64,000 bases of DNA from Auanema rhodensis (taxonomy: Eukaryota; Animalia; Nematoda): contig OZ059896.1 in NCBI GenBank assembly GCA_964057225.1, forward strand, positions 9,858,001 to 9,922,000, in the 5' to 3' direction. A model generated the notes under the pieces. That model was not told the DNA's origin, searched no databases, and worked only from the letters and a program-made list of their open reading frames with translations. Below are positions 1 to 13,400 of this stretch, piece by piece (position 1 is the stretch's first letter; every line of letters starts with the position of its first letter). A program made the translations under genes and the position numbers.

Positions 1-146
1 AAAAAAATAGTAAAAAAAATATATATAACAATCAATATACCCAAAAAAAACTGGAAACTTTTATTGGGAAATAAATAAAATCATTTTGTTTTTCTATACA
101 TGTTAATATTTATGAATATTTGTTAAGAGAAAATCGAGAGCAATAC

Positions 147-184
147 CTTGTCATTTCTGACACTACGCTTTCGAACATGTCATT
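147..184 (-). other. Second candidate exon of the left-edge gene
   Basis: ttttcatcag|AAT GAC ATG TTC GAA AGC GTA GTG TCA GAA ATG ACA AG|gtattg. In frame with the 1637-1588 exon. Confidence 0.3.
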
Positions 185-1473
185 CTGATGAAAATCTCAA
201 GTTACAATTATGTTATTACCAGTCTCCCTCCCTCCCTTTTTTGTTCTTTCTTTCTCTCCTATTATATACTCACATATATTATTTTTCTTTGTTCTCTTGC
301 TCATATACTCTATTTCGTTTTCATACGTTTTTGATTACAAGAATTTTCCCCTAATTTTCGATTATAGTTAGTTTTAGAATAAAAGAGATAGTGTGGCCAA
401 ATAAAATAAATGCCATTTCAAATAAAGTTTTTGAATAATCTTGAACACACAAGCAGACTCTCTGTGACAGGGCAAGTGAAAAATGATGAAACATGGTCAG
501 AAGCTCTCAATCTTGCTTTGAACTGACATAGAGCGCATCTGGCTAAACTTGGCTTTTGGAACAACCACATTATAAAAAAGAATAAGATATATGGAAGGGT
601 TGCTGGGTAGAGGAACAGAATACAGCATACCCAATGAGGACCCTGATCTATATAAATGACAATAGCTTGAAAATAAAATTTCCCGAGAAGAAAAAAAAAT
701 GAAAGCTCAAACTGAAATGACAAAATAAAGCAAATTGGGGATACGAATAATTGACTGAATAAGAAGTCTGCTAGTAAATCAATCAACTGTGTATAAAAAC
801 AAGCGTAATGAGTGGATTTGCTGTTAAAATTCAAGAGCTAAGTCAATAAGATGCACGGCGAAAAATGAAAGGAGCTATTTGGAATGAAAACTACATCTTC
901 ATCATTATTATCAAGAGTATAAAATTATAAATTTAAATAAAAATGTTTTATAATCAATCTATTGATTGAAAATAATATTTTTTATCGATTTTTATAACAA
1001 AATGAAAGGTGGTACCACACAAAAAACGAAAAGAAAGGGAAGAAATCGAATGTGATTGACGGAGGCGAGCATGAAGAAAAGGAAGCGAATACTGAGCAGA
1101 ACGAGTCAAGCAGTGCTAAAGAAGGCAAAACAAAATCGAGCTCATTAAGTTCAGATATCTGATGTAAATTACTAGAATAGCAATGTAACTTCTTTTCAAG
1201 GTTTGCATGTTCAGTATAAAAAACATTTGAAAGAAACTGTGCTTGAATGCTATTTCTTCTTTAAAAAAAAAGAATTGCTTGGATATTGACTAAGAAAAGC
1301 TATTCGAAGAAAGCGAAAAGCTGAAGCTATGCTGTAATGACCATAGACATTAGAGGGATAGGCTGAAAGGCGTTGTCCAGGCAACGAGTAAACTGGCATC
1401 CTCCTTATTTATGAAATAACTCTCAAAACATAAATATCTTGAAAATGAGTTGAATATTACTATTATGCGAATA

Positions 1474-1479
<6 letters not shown>

Positions 1480-1512
<33 letters not shown>
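1480..1512. repeat. (TA)n microsatellite
   Basis: Pure TA run. Confidence 0.9.
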
Positions 1513-1515
<3 letters not shown>

Positions 1516-1587
1516 AAGTTGAATGTTTAAATGTAAAGTTACTATATCTCAATTATTATAATTAAAAAATAACAAATATTGAAATAC

Positions 1588-1637
1588 CCAGGTGACAATC
1601 ATCAGTGAACGTTTGTCCATATGTGTATATTTCACAC
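1588..1637 (-). other. Candidate exon of a gene extending off the left edge
   Basis: TTATTTCAG acceptor, 50-nt body containing ATG GAC AAA CGT... (MDKRSLMIVTW), then |gtattt donor. No family recognisable. Confidence 0.35.
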
Positions 1638-2206
1638 CTGAAATAATAAAATATTAGATTTTATACTTTAATGTATATTTGAGAAATATTCAAGAAAACA
1701 GCCAATTAAAACTTTCCATACAAGAAAAATATTTGTAAAGTATGCAGATGAAAAAAATAATTACAACAAAACAGTTAAGCCATCATTCCATTTCTGTAAC
1801 AATCGACACAATCTGTCAGATGAGAGTAGAAGATTCAAACAATTATGAACAATCTTTCCCACGGACTGAGCGATCAATGGCAAATATCAAGGAAGCTTGA
1901 GATGAAAAGTGCACTGTACGAAGAGAGAGAGAGAGAGAAAGATCAGGTTAAGCTTTCACTCAAGATCATATCAGCTGGATAATTATGAAGAAACTCAACA
2001 GAAAAAAACTGGATATTTTATAAATTTCTACAAGAAATATATGTAAAACGAATAGAAATGCTTCACAAAAGCAAAATATCAATATGAGATTAGTATTTGG
2101 AGCAAATGTGACTATATACAACATATACATATGTATATAATATAATATGTCATGAAGATATTTAAAAAAAAAAGAAAAAAAATTTTTGAAATGAAGAATT
2201 TTAGTA

Positions 2207-2276
2207 ATTTGCCCTGGTAGGGCTGTAAAAGCATTTACAGTATTTGCCCTCGGAGGGCTGTAAAAACAGAGGTTAA
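2207..2276. mobile_element. piggyBac-like terminus fragment with duplicated palindromic subterminal repeats
   Basis: ATTTGCCCTggtAGGGCTGTAAAA (2207-2230) and ATTTGCCCTcggAGGGCTGTAAAA (2242-2265), then ACAGAGG|TTAA. No partner end seen. Confidence 0.4.
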
Positions 2277-4650
2277 AAAAAGTTGAACAATTTAATAAAT
2301 AAATAGAAAATATATTTTAAAAAAAGAAAAGAAAAATACTTTCTATAAAACAAAATAATTTTAGTAAATTCTTACAAAATAATCGAAATGTTTGATTTAA
2401 AACTAAAGCAATAAGATGCATTTTAGAGCATGAATACAGTTTAGAAACATTAAAAGAAAAAGATAGATGAAATAAGAAAAATAACAAAAGCTGACAGATG
2501 AAATTGGCGTTAATGGCTAATTCAAAGTTATAGAGTTTTAAAACTCATTCAGTTGATAGAAAAGAGCCAAAGAAAATAGAATACAAATATCTTTTATTTG
2601 CATATTCTTCAAATACATGTCTTTTATGGAATTTTCTTAAAATATATAATATAATATAATATATATCTTAAGAAGAGATAAGAACATTGCCGGATATATG
2701 TAACAGGAGGCAGGAAAGCTGGTTACTCGAGCTACAGCTGCTGTTTCTACGGCTACTCCGCATATCTTTCTCTCATCCCGATGTCTTTCTTCAACATGTT
2801 CTCTCTTGGTTTCACTATAATTTTCTTCATATTTTCTTCGACTTCTATCTCTCGGTCTCTACTAGAATCATCTTTCCTATTATTCATCTACTTTTCTCTT
2901 TATCTCTTTCTAACTATCAAACATTCTCAGTTTTCTACACTGTTCTCTATCTACCTTTGGTTTCTCTCGTTCTCTCTTCTGTTGTTTTCTGCTTCCAAAT
3001 CTTATCTTGGAGCAGTGTTTGTCCTCATATCGATTGAGAAGTCAGAAAAGTAGAAGAAAGTCAATTATTGCCTAAAAAGGCTTGCTTCCTCTTTTCTTGT
3101 CAGCATTCTAGCTTTCAACCTTCTCTACCACCCTCTTTCCGCATCGAACTAATGTGATACGTTGGTTATAACGTACACTCTGAGCAGCTGGAAGCTCATT
3201 TATAGACATCGAAATATATAACATGTAGTTAAACGTAGTTTAAAGAGAAACGGAAACATTTGAGCAATAATCAAAGTTGGTTGGTGGAGAATAGAATTTG
3301 TTGGTGAGAGGAGCAGCCATATATAGAAAAACTTTTGAGATGAAATTGAGAAAGAGGGTAATAAAGAGAGAGGGACGGGAGAGAGTGAGAGCAAATGAGT
3401 AAAGAGGTGAAAAGAAAAAAAAATATTCGAGAGAAAGAAAGTAAAATAAGTGACAAATTACAAATCTATAATATATCTAAGAACGAATTATATATTGGAA
3501 AGGTATAAAGAAGAAAAATGCAACATACATACATAATATGTTCATTGGTGTGATTTTGTACGTACAAATTCGAATAAAATATACTTAGCCTTATCATGTA
3601 ACATTGTGTTTTAATATGAATACTTTATATAATAATGTTGAAAGAATGATAAGAACTTAGACAAATAATCTCTAAAGAAGGCTTATATCCTAAATGTTCT
3701 TATTATAAGCTTGATGTCAAGAGATGTAATAAATGTGATAAGAAAAGGAGTGAAAAGAGAGTAAGATGAGCACGTGAACATATGTTATGTTAGTCTCACA
3801 CCAATGTGTTAATTAAATATTTTACAATAAAGGTTTTTCTTTTTCTTTTTAAATCTTTATTTTTCTTCTTCTTTTTTTTTTAATTTATCCAAATGTGAAT
3901 TGTGTTTATATGTATACACACATATTCAAGTTGGGCAAAAATTGGAAAACTTCATCTTCGACTGGAGTAAATTTCATCATATTACTTACTATAGATTAAC
4001 AAAATTGAATTTTACTAATTTGCTCGTAGACGTTGAGCTATCAGTTTTCGTATATCGACTTATACTTTTGTATTTTGTTTTCTACCTTGTTTCAGGGCTC
4101 TATTACAAGGCATGAGAAACAATTTAAAAACTAAAATATGATAATATGATAAGATAATTGATGAGAAAACTGTAGTATGTAGTTTGTTTGAAAAAAAAAG
4201 ATATTATATCTTATATATTTCTGTCTACCTTCGTTGAGTAAATCTAACTGGAGAGAATGCACGAAATTAACATTAAAACGTGATGATTATGAATGAAACC
4301 ATTCTTGTAAAACAATAAGAAACTCAAGAAAATCTAGATGGTTATGATTTAGAAGATGAAGACAGCAAAAATAAGGAGAGTATAATGAAAGAAAATGATT
4401 CTGGAAGCAATGACAACGTTATACTATTGGAGTATTCTGTTGGATTTTAGTTTGGCGGCTTTACGTAAGCTTTGATTCTAATGAATAAAATTAAATTTTG
4501 AGATTGATAACAAAGAAAAGAAATATACACATTGATTCATACAATTTTTGAGTGAGCCAACATGAGCAGCATGGTAAATTATAAACGGTTGACTACAGGC
4601 TATAATCGTTAATCAACTTGGAGTCGTACCCAAGTTTAATACATATGCAT

Positions 4651-4816
4651 CAGAGGGCGTAAAGCCAGAAAATTCCGGGACAGGCTAGATCCGGACTTCT
4701 TACTTCTTGACCAAGTACTGAACTACATCATATTGCAATGAACCGGATATTTCCGGGTAGTTCTTGTACCCCCAAATTCCATGGGTATTTCGGACTTGAG
4801 TACTGGTCCTCCCTTG
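4651..4816. mobile_element. Degenerate hAT-type MITE candidate
   Basis: GC-richer island with ends CAGAGGGCGTAAAGCCAG ... CTGGTCCTCCCTTG and internal CCGG motifs. Flanks ATATGCAT / GTATGTAT match 6/8 (two transitions), consistent with an 8-bp TSD. Confidence 0.4.
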
Positions 4817-5717
4817 GTATGTATGTAGTGTTATGTCTCCCCAGATATGTATGTATGTAATGTATGTATATATGCACATATTGATGTGTACATATAGGAA
4901 AAACAGAGAAAATAAAAAAAAAACTAGACAATCTAACTGACTGTAGACTCTCCTATTCTCGTAATCTCTAATGTAAGCTGAAAAGCTAAGAAGTAAATAT
5001 AAGAATAAAAAAGGATCATATCTACAACAAGACGGTTCTTGTCATTAGGCTTGCAGAACATGATGCTCATTGTAATTCTGAAGCATTTTTATGGCAAAGT
5101 TTGTTTAAAACGTTTTCGCAAAACTAATGAATATACAACAACTAAGTATAAGTTTAAATGATCTTTCATCATTCTTTTCTCTATTATAATTATAATTATA
5201 TAAATATATAAAATGAAGTAACCATATGAAAAACTTGTAAATGATTAGAAAGTTGCAGAGCATCAAATTTAATCAGAATTATACTAAATCTCTAGAGAAT
5301 ATATGTGGCAAAATTACTAAAACTTGACTTCAGTATTTTAAAATAGATAATATTTATATTTTATTTTTTTGCTTCATAACAAAAAAAAAGATTTAAGCAT
5401 TTTGATAAAAGATATATAGATAAGCTTGTACATATTGAATGTACATAAAAATAGATAAATCTATGAAATTTATAGCATAAAATGAAGAAAATCTTATAAT
5501 ATTCTTATAAATTGAAGTATATAATACTATTTAATTGAAATTAAAAATTTTTTTTCAGACTCAAAATTACAGATTAAACTGGAAAATGATTAAATTATTT
5601 TTCATCAAAGTTGACTAATATGCTTGATGTTTTCAAGCTCAATTCCACTAGTATCTGATCAGCTTTTGTATGTATACATACTACATGTACATGTATATAC
5701 ATATATTATTAAGTGAG

Positions 5718-5739
5718 AAAGAGATAGAGAGAGAGTGAT

Positions 5740-5784
<45 letters not shown>

Positions 5785-5796
5785 AAGATAGAGAGA
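5718..5796. repeat. (GA)n/(GATA) compound microsatellite
   Basis: Visible GA/GATA tract. Confidence 0.9.
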
Positions 5797-7353
5797 TTAA
5801 AATATTTATAAATTTAATATTGAACCTCTGTGTGTATATTGTATTTCTGAGGGCAGATTAGGTATTGAACAAGACTTCATAAATATCTAATGACAATTAC
5901 AGCTTGTAAAACCAAATGTGTGTAATCTATTGGAGCAGCCCTCTTTCTGACATCCGTCGTGAATAATTGAACTAATTTCCAGTCCAGTCGTTTCCGAAAG
6001 GGTGATGAACTAACTTTTTCAAATATAATTTTTAAAATAAATTATTCGAATACTATGATATTGATTTTTCATAATATTTCTAAATAATAATAAGATGATG
6101 TTTAGGAAAACGAAAACGTTATGTTTAAGAATTGTCTGAGGTAATTTTCCAAAGTTTTATTGGATACTATTATGAGCAACAACTAATGAATTAGCTATGC
6201 TTTGAAATTAGTAGAAGCATTCATCCAAAGAATGATTAGTTCAAAAGTATTCACGTACAATATAGTCAGTGAAAATTAACAAAAACATGTATAATTAAGT
6301 TTGAAAAACTATTAAACATATAGTTAGTTGATAATTTTAAATTTAAAGTATTATATACGATGTGTACATACATCATATAATATCGTTTATATGTAGTTTA
6401 TAGTTATAAAAAAATTGTTGGCGTTTTTTCTCTTGAAACTATGATAAGGTATAAGATTCTAGATAACTCGTCTGAAGAAAAGAATAGATAAAATATATAA
6501 ACATAGATAGTTTAATAAGGAATAAGCTAACGAAATGTATAAGACAAAAATCTCAAGAATCAGCTAATTACGTGTTATAATTTGAGAAAAATATTTCGTT
6601 TATGATGGAATAGTAATGTGATATTGAGGAAATATCATCAAATCTCAAGAAAAGCTAAATATAAACATAATCATTTCTTCTTTCTTATTTTCTTTAAGGT
6701 AATAACATATTAACTAGCTGCAAATGCGGCAAAAATATTTCAAATAAGTAGCATAATTTAACAGAAATCTCTTCAAAGCTTAATGATTCAAAAATAAGAA
6801 TTTCGTTGAATTTTAATCTGATATGATAATAGCAACGAAAAAGAAAAATATAAAAATGTATATTATATAATAAGATAATAATATTTTATAGATTTTCATA
6901 TAATCTTTAGTATTTCATGACATAAAATCACCCAAAAAATATATATATATATTCTTGAATATCTCATGAAACTTTTTCAAAAAAAATGAAGAAAAAGCAT
7001 GCTTGTGATGTAACTGAAATGATGTTTTTTTCAATTTTTTAAGTAATCTTTCTATTATATATGTAGCACGGCTATAGAAAAAAATACGAGCACAGTTAAA
7101 GAAAAATATTATTCATTTTTTAAAAAAATATATGAAGAGATCTAATGTATATTTTTTAAGGTTTAGTTAAATCAGATGAAAGAATTGTGTTGTCCCATTC
7201 CGTGAATGTACATGTTCTTCCGCAATTCGAAGGCTCGGGTGCTTGGGAAGAGAGTAGGCGGAGCAATGGAGATCGATGGGCGCCGCGCCAAACACGGCTC
7301 ATTATCGAGCCAAGCCATATACTGACGGAGGGCCAGAACAAATGGAGAGCATC

Positions 7354-7427
7354 AAGAAGAAGAAGAAGAAGCAGAAGAAAAAAAGAAAAAGAAGAAGCAG
7401 AAGCAGAAGCAGAAGAAAAAGCAGAAG
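7354..7427. repeat. (GAA)n/(GCAGAA)n low-complexity tract
   Basis: GAA and GCAGAA repeats; they explain the spurious E/K/R-rich ORF at 7187-7465. Confidence 0.8.
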
Positions 7428-10400
7428 ACGAAGTTTGTAAGGAGAAGGAAGAGAAAAGTAGTTAGACAAGAAGACGTCACAAAAAGGAAAGAGAAAGATT
7501 CAAAATGGACGACGACAACATAGAATTTTATGCTGATGATATGAATAAGCAAGATGAGCAAGAACGTCACAAAACGATCATAATGATACCGGGTGGAAAT
7601 ATGCTGACTAGGACGCTAAAGATGTTGATACTATAACATACGAATATGACAATCAAAGTAAAGATGACGAAAATTGAAAAAATGTTATGAAAATGAGAAA
7701 AATTCTAATGTTTTAACATTAGAAAGCGTTGCACAGGTTTCAAAACAAAGTCATTTATATATTTTTCAAGTTTTTCTTTTCTACAGTTATTCATATGTGA
7801 AGTAAGCATAAACATGAACAAATGAACGATATGGAAAGAGCAAGAAGAACTTTCTGAATGAGTGCTTTCTGAGTTTTTTCGTTGTGAGTAATAGGGTCGA
7901 GTATTTGGATCTTTCTTCTAGCTTATCCGTTTTATTGTGAATGTCGGAAAACACAAAAAGCGTTTCCTTCATCTTTCTTCCAAATTTGGTAAAAGCACTT
8001 GGGATGACTTGAGGTCCAAAATGCAAAACGCGAAGATACGAAGTAAGCAAGACCGAAGCTGAAAAGGAGAGCGAGAGGGCGGGAAAAGCGGAAGAGAGAA
8101 AAGGAAAAGACAAGAGAGTTGAGATACTTAGTGAAAGGGAAAGAGAGAAGGAAAATAGAGAGAGAGGGGGGCAAAAAGAGTGGATGAGAGCGGATTGGTA
8201 TAGAAGAGGAAAGAGAAAGGGTGGAAGATGAAGAAGGGGGGAGCCTGAAGTGAGTAGAGCAGTGTCCATTTTCCCAGCTGGGCAACCTCACAGCAACCCG
8301 TCTCTCGCTTTCCCTCTCTTTCTCTGACACACACGTTTTCAAAGCTCCCTATGTGGTTTCGTGGGTTGCAATACGAGGTTTTAGGCTGCTGGACCTTATA
8401 ATGAAATTATTGATTTTACCTTGTTTACACTTATATGAAACATCTCATGTATAATATAAGAAACTATAAAAAAAAATTTAAAAGACATTTCTATGAGAAA
8501 ACTAAGTGCATCTACAATGAAATGAATTATAATAACATATAATATTTTAGCTAATCAATGTTTGTGTATATTCATACAAAGAAATATAAAAGTCAATATC
8601 AATGAAAATGTGAAATGAAATGATCTAAAATGGGCGAAAAAATAAATTTGACAAAGATGAAGACTAGGCAAGACTATTCATTAATTCGGATGGTACATTC
8701 AGAACAGGTTCCACATCGTCTTATACAATCCTAGCTCTTTGTGTTTTTGTTTTAAAACAAAATTTTCAGAAAACGAAGTAATGATAGAAATATAGAAAAC
8801 GTTTCATTAGTCAAGACTCATTACCGGTATATTAGTTTATTATAAAAATAAATAACTATACGAACAAAGATTTTAAAACTCATTTGCGATATGAAACTAT
8901 CTAAGTTTTACCATCTCTTTCGATTATATTGCTGATAGCTACCACATGAAAAAAACAAAAAAAAATCAAGTTTACTAGATAGAACTCGTGTGAGAAAAAA
9001 ACAATTTAAGAGATTATGGAAGAATATGGGCACTTGGCGAAATGAAAGCTTCAAATACTACTATCGACTTGCCTGCTACTCCCCCCCACCCAAAAAAAAA
9101 GAAGTAGCCTGTTAATATGACAAAAAAAAAGTCAAGATGTGAAAAAAAATTAATAATCGAGATAGAGTTACAAAGAAAACTCTTATAATTTATCAAATTA
9201 CAAAGACAAGGATACTAAAGATTTATTTGCTTGTCGAGTATGAAAGAGTCGTTTATCAAACTGATTAAGGTGTTGATAATCGTTTCTTTAGTTCAGTACA
9301 GCTTGACATAGATAAATATATAAATATATATATATGAAGAAATGAAGAAATGAAGAAAAACGACTAAGAGAATGAAAGAAAAGTTCACGTCTAGTTACTA
9401 GTTGATTATCATTTTTAAAGACAAAACTGTATAAGAGTGATTGTATATCAATTTATGAAAGATGCAAGCATATTATTATTTCTTCACTGATTAAGATAAT
9501 TTTTTTTCAAGTGTTAAGATAGTTAATTCTGATTGTTTCAGGGTAGATTATATGCTACGATTATGCTTTTTAATAGCTTAGAACTATACATATATAGTAT
9601 ATGTATATATTCAAACTTACAGCATATAGTACCATTAAGAGTTTTAATGTATGAAATTAATCTTCAAGTTTTTTTCTGACTGAATAATCATGCTAAGACC
9701 ATTTATGACAATGATAACGAACTACATGTCAAGAAGGTGTGTACCTGTCTAGATGACAAAACAGTGGCATAATATATTGAATTCGAGATACTTTGAAATC
9801 ATAGTATGAACTTAATAATTCAATGTATCAGTCAAATTAATATAATTATGTATAAGGATAATGCATGATCTGATTAAAAACATATGTACAGCGTAAGTAA
9901 AGCTGGTTGATGGTGACGAGTTGGAAACAATGTATAATTTCGCTCATGAATATTATTTCTGACAATAGACACATCAAAAGAAAAAACATTATTTATTTTG
10001 GATATTTGTTAAAATTTCCGGAAATTTGCTGAGTCAGACGAAACGTAGAATTAGATGTTTCGTCGGACCACACACAACACAATACGGAATAGACAATATC
10101 GATTGATAGCCCTCGTGGCCGTAGGCGAAATGCTGTCATCGAAAAAGCGATAGATATACGAGTTTGAAAAATTAAATGTGGATATTTATACGTATTGAAA
10201 TAGATATAGAAATAAGAGGAAAAGAAAGAGTGAGAGGAGAGAGGGGGAGGGGGCTAGTACACAAATATGGATAAAAGAAATGGGAAAGAGGTAGAGAGGG
10301 AGGGAGAAAGAGAGAGAGATGAGAGGTAGGGAGAGAGAGAAAAGAGGTTGTGAGCAAAGGATAAGGATAAGAGAAATAAAGAGTAATAGACTAAAAAAAT

Positions 10401-13400
10401 ATAATTTTAAAATAGGAAAAGAGGGAATGAAAGATAACTTTAACTATGTAAGATTCGATGACTTGAATCATTTATGAATTTTGCAAAATATGGCTGTTCA
10501 TCAAGAAAAACTATTTGCCAACATTTCTCATATCGTTCTTAATATAGTTGGTGAAGTTGCGCAAATGTTTCGCATTTTCATCAGTTGCAATGGCGACAAG
10601 AAAAGAAAGTTTCGAAGTTGCTTGAATAAAGATGAAGGATAAGAAATCTAGATCATATGGAGCTTACGTTTGTAATCACAGGTGGCCTTATATGAACAGA
10701 TGTAATATGATGTCATACGAAATATCCAATGGATTTTCTGTTTTTTTTTTCATATGATTCGACGTTACGATTACGTTTCGCTTACGTTTCGTTCTTTTTT
10801 ATTTTTTGTATCTTTTATTTTATTTTTAGAGTAGCTTCAACTTTTAGTTTAACGTGTTGATTGAGAATGTATGTAACTTATCGAAACACATGTACATACA
10901 TCCTTTATTCTCCCATTTTCAGTACTTGAGGGATGAAGTAAAGTAGGATAAAAACGCTCAGCTGTTACGCTATGCATATCAAAAGATCTATACAAATAGT
11001 AACTTCTTTTTTAAAGTTGTTTTTTTTATCTTTGACATACATTTACTAAAAAAATGTTAATACTGATAGTAGAATTACTAACTATTTGGAAGAGCTATAA
11101 CTATTTAAAGAGAATGCATTAAGTATTTTAAGTAGACACGGTATGTTTTTGCAAATGCAAAAGTATTTTCAAAATAAAGAGGGGGAAAGGAATTTTCGCA
11201 ATAAATTGAAATGAAACAAGAAGAAAATTGAATATATATATACAATCAAATCATTTTAATTTGAGAAATATATATTCAACCTAAATGGGTTTTCGATAAA
11301 AAAATTTATAAACTATATTAATAGAATTTCGATAGTAAAATGAAACCAGGCTAAGCTCCGTAATATCTAGAATGAGTTACACATTATATAAAATATTATA
11401 ATTTTCTCTTTTTTTTTCAAAAAACTTAATGGCACCGTGGAGTAAAGTTTTTACAAAATTGGGCGACAAAGTTTCTTGAAAAATGATTCCGAAAACTTGA
11501 AAGTAAAAGAAAGGGATTAAAGCATTTAAGTCAAGTTAAGAGAATAATGAAGCAGTTGTAAGAATTGTAGTATGTCACATGTTTACTAATTTATATATTA
11601 TATCATTTATATTTATATATCTATGTAGATGTATTTAAAGAATACAACTTAGAAACAGGGGCATGAATAATAAGAAACTTGGTGAATTTACATTTTACGT
11701 TTTACTTGTTGAATTGAATATATAGAATAGGGAGCAACGTGTGCTGATTTAGTATTGCATATCTTTGTAAACGGAAATCCTCTAGTGTATCATGACAAAA
11801 TCACAGTTTTTGACTAATATGGGCTACTACGATTGAGGAGCATGTGTGACTGGCAGCTTAGTGCTGGAACAGCAAATAGTCCCGTATCGGACATTAATTA
11901 AAATGTGCTAGATAGAATACACAGATGAAATAAAACAGAAAATAGACAGATAGAATAGATAAAGATAAAGACAAGTTAAGAGGGTCAGAAAGTGAGAAAG
12001 GAAGGGAGAGAGAAGCAAAGAGACAAGAAAGCTGTAGAATGGCCGGCAAAACGATGTGAAGAGTATGTCTCTGTGTATTTGTGTCTGTGTGTATGCCGGG
12101 AATGCTATTTGTTGAAAGCGCTCCTTTAGTCACACGAATCGAGAAAATGTGAGACAGAGAAGCAGAGAACTAAGTGAAGAAACGGCTTGAAGACATGAAG
12201 AAAAGATATATGGGAAAGAGGGAGAGCATAGGAATCGGGAAAAAAGAATCAGTAAGAAATGCAGTGCAGAAAGAGAGAGGGAGAGAGAAAGAGAGAGAGA
12301 GAGAAAGAGGAGAGAGATGAACAAAAAATAACATGTTGTATTTTGATATACATACATGTATATAAGGATAGAGCTGCAGTGATAGCGAGAGCATCTCTGT
12401 CAGAGTCGAACATCAAAGAGCTATGAAGCACGCAGTTCTGCTATTAGGTACTAAGATAGAGGAAACGCCAGAGTGACAGTGAGCACTACAGGAAGCGCAT
12501 TGGGATTTTTGTGGAGCAGCGAGAAGCAGTTCATAGTTTCAGAAAAAAAGCCAATGCTGAAGTAAATGAAGTAGTAACAGGGGAATTAGGTAGGAAACAC
12601 AGCAATTGCGGAGTATATGATGGGGGAGAGGAGTATGAAGAAGAAAAGGGAGATAGGAGAAGCTTAAGATAAAGTATTGTGGCACTTTGCTAGCCTTAGA
12701 GATGTGTTACAACTATTTTCCAAATATACTCAAGACAGGTGTCCTTTGACAAGGGAAATATTTCTCTCACTCTGGAAACTTATGCTTTAATCAATTCATT
12801 CAAAGTTCAAATTGAAAGTATAATGAAAACCGGAATAAAAATTTTTTCTGATTATGTCATATTTCTAGCTACAATACAAGCCATGATCATTTCTATAAAG
12901 CATTATCACACAAATCGATAAAACCTGTCTTTTGGCGCAAAAAAAGTATAATTTATATGATATAGTATATTACAAATATATACAAAACAATATAGTTTCA
13001 TAGAATAAAACCATTGTCATAATTCCGTGCTAATTATTTTTTTGTTTGCATTTTGCTTTTCTTTCTTTCATACAACTTGAGATTTTCAATTTCTAATGAA
13101 AAAACAAATCTAATGTTCCTAATAACTAATGTTTAAAATTAAAATAGTTAACTTATAAAATTATTTTTTTCTGTTTTTCATACCTGCAGATTTGGAGCAG
13201 ACTTCAGTAAATACTGAAGACATGACTATATGTCAGAAATGGTAAATGACTCTTATATACTGTTTCTTCATATTTGTTCTTTAACTATCTCTTTCATACT
13301 TATGAACTTTTTTTTTTCTTTTACGTTACATATCACACATACACACATATATCAACTACTTTTTTCTTTTTTTAAATTTTTTAGACATTTGTTCATTTTA

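Noticed and set aside
470-650. KNDETWSEALNLAL.HRA, weakly integrase-like
   Set aside because: A single short resemblance amid many stops; not supportable.
4627-4637. TACCCAAGTTT resembles part of SL1
   Set aside because: Only an 11-nt match, with no full leader, donor or Sm site.
7187-7465. 92-aa ORF with an R/K/E-rich tail
   Set aside because: The charged part comes from GAA/GCAGAA repeats. It has a TTG start, no domain and no convincing splice context.
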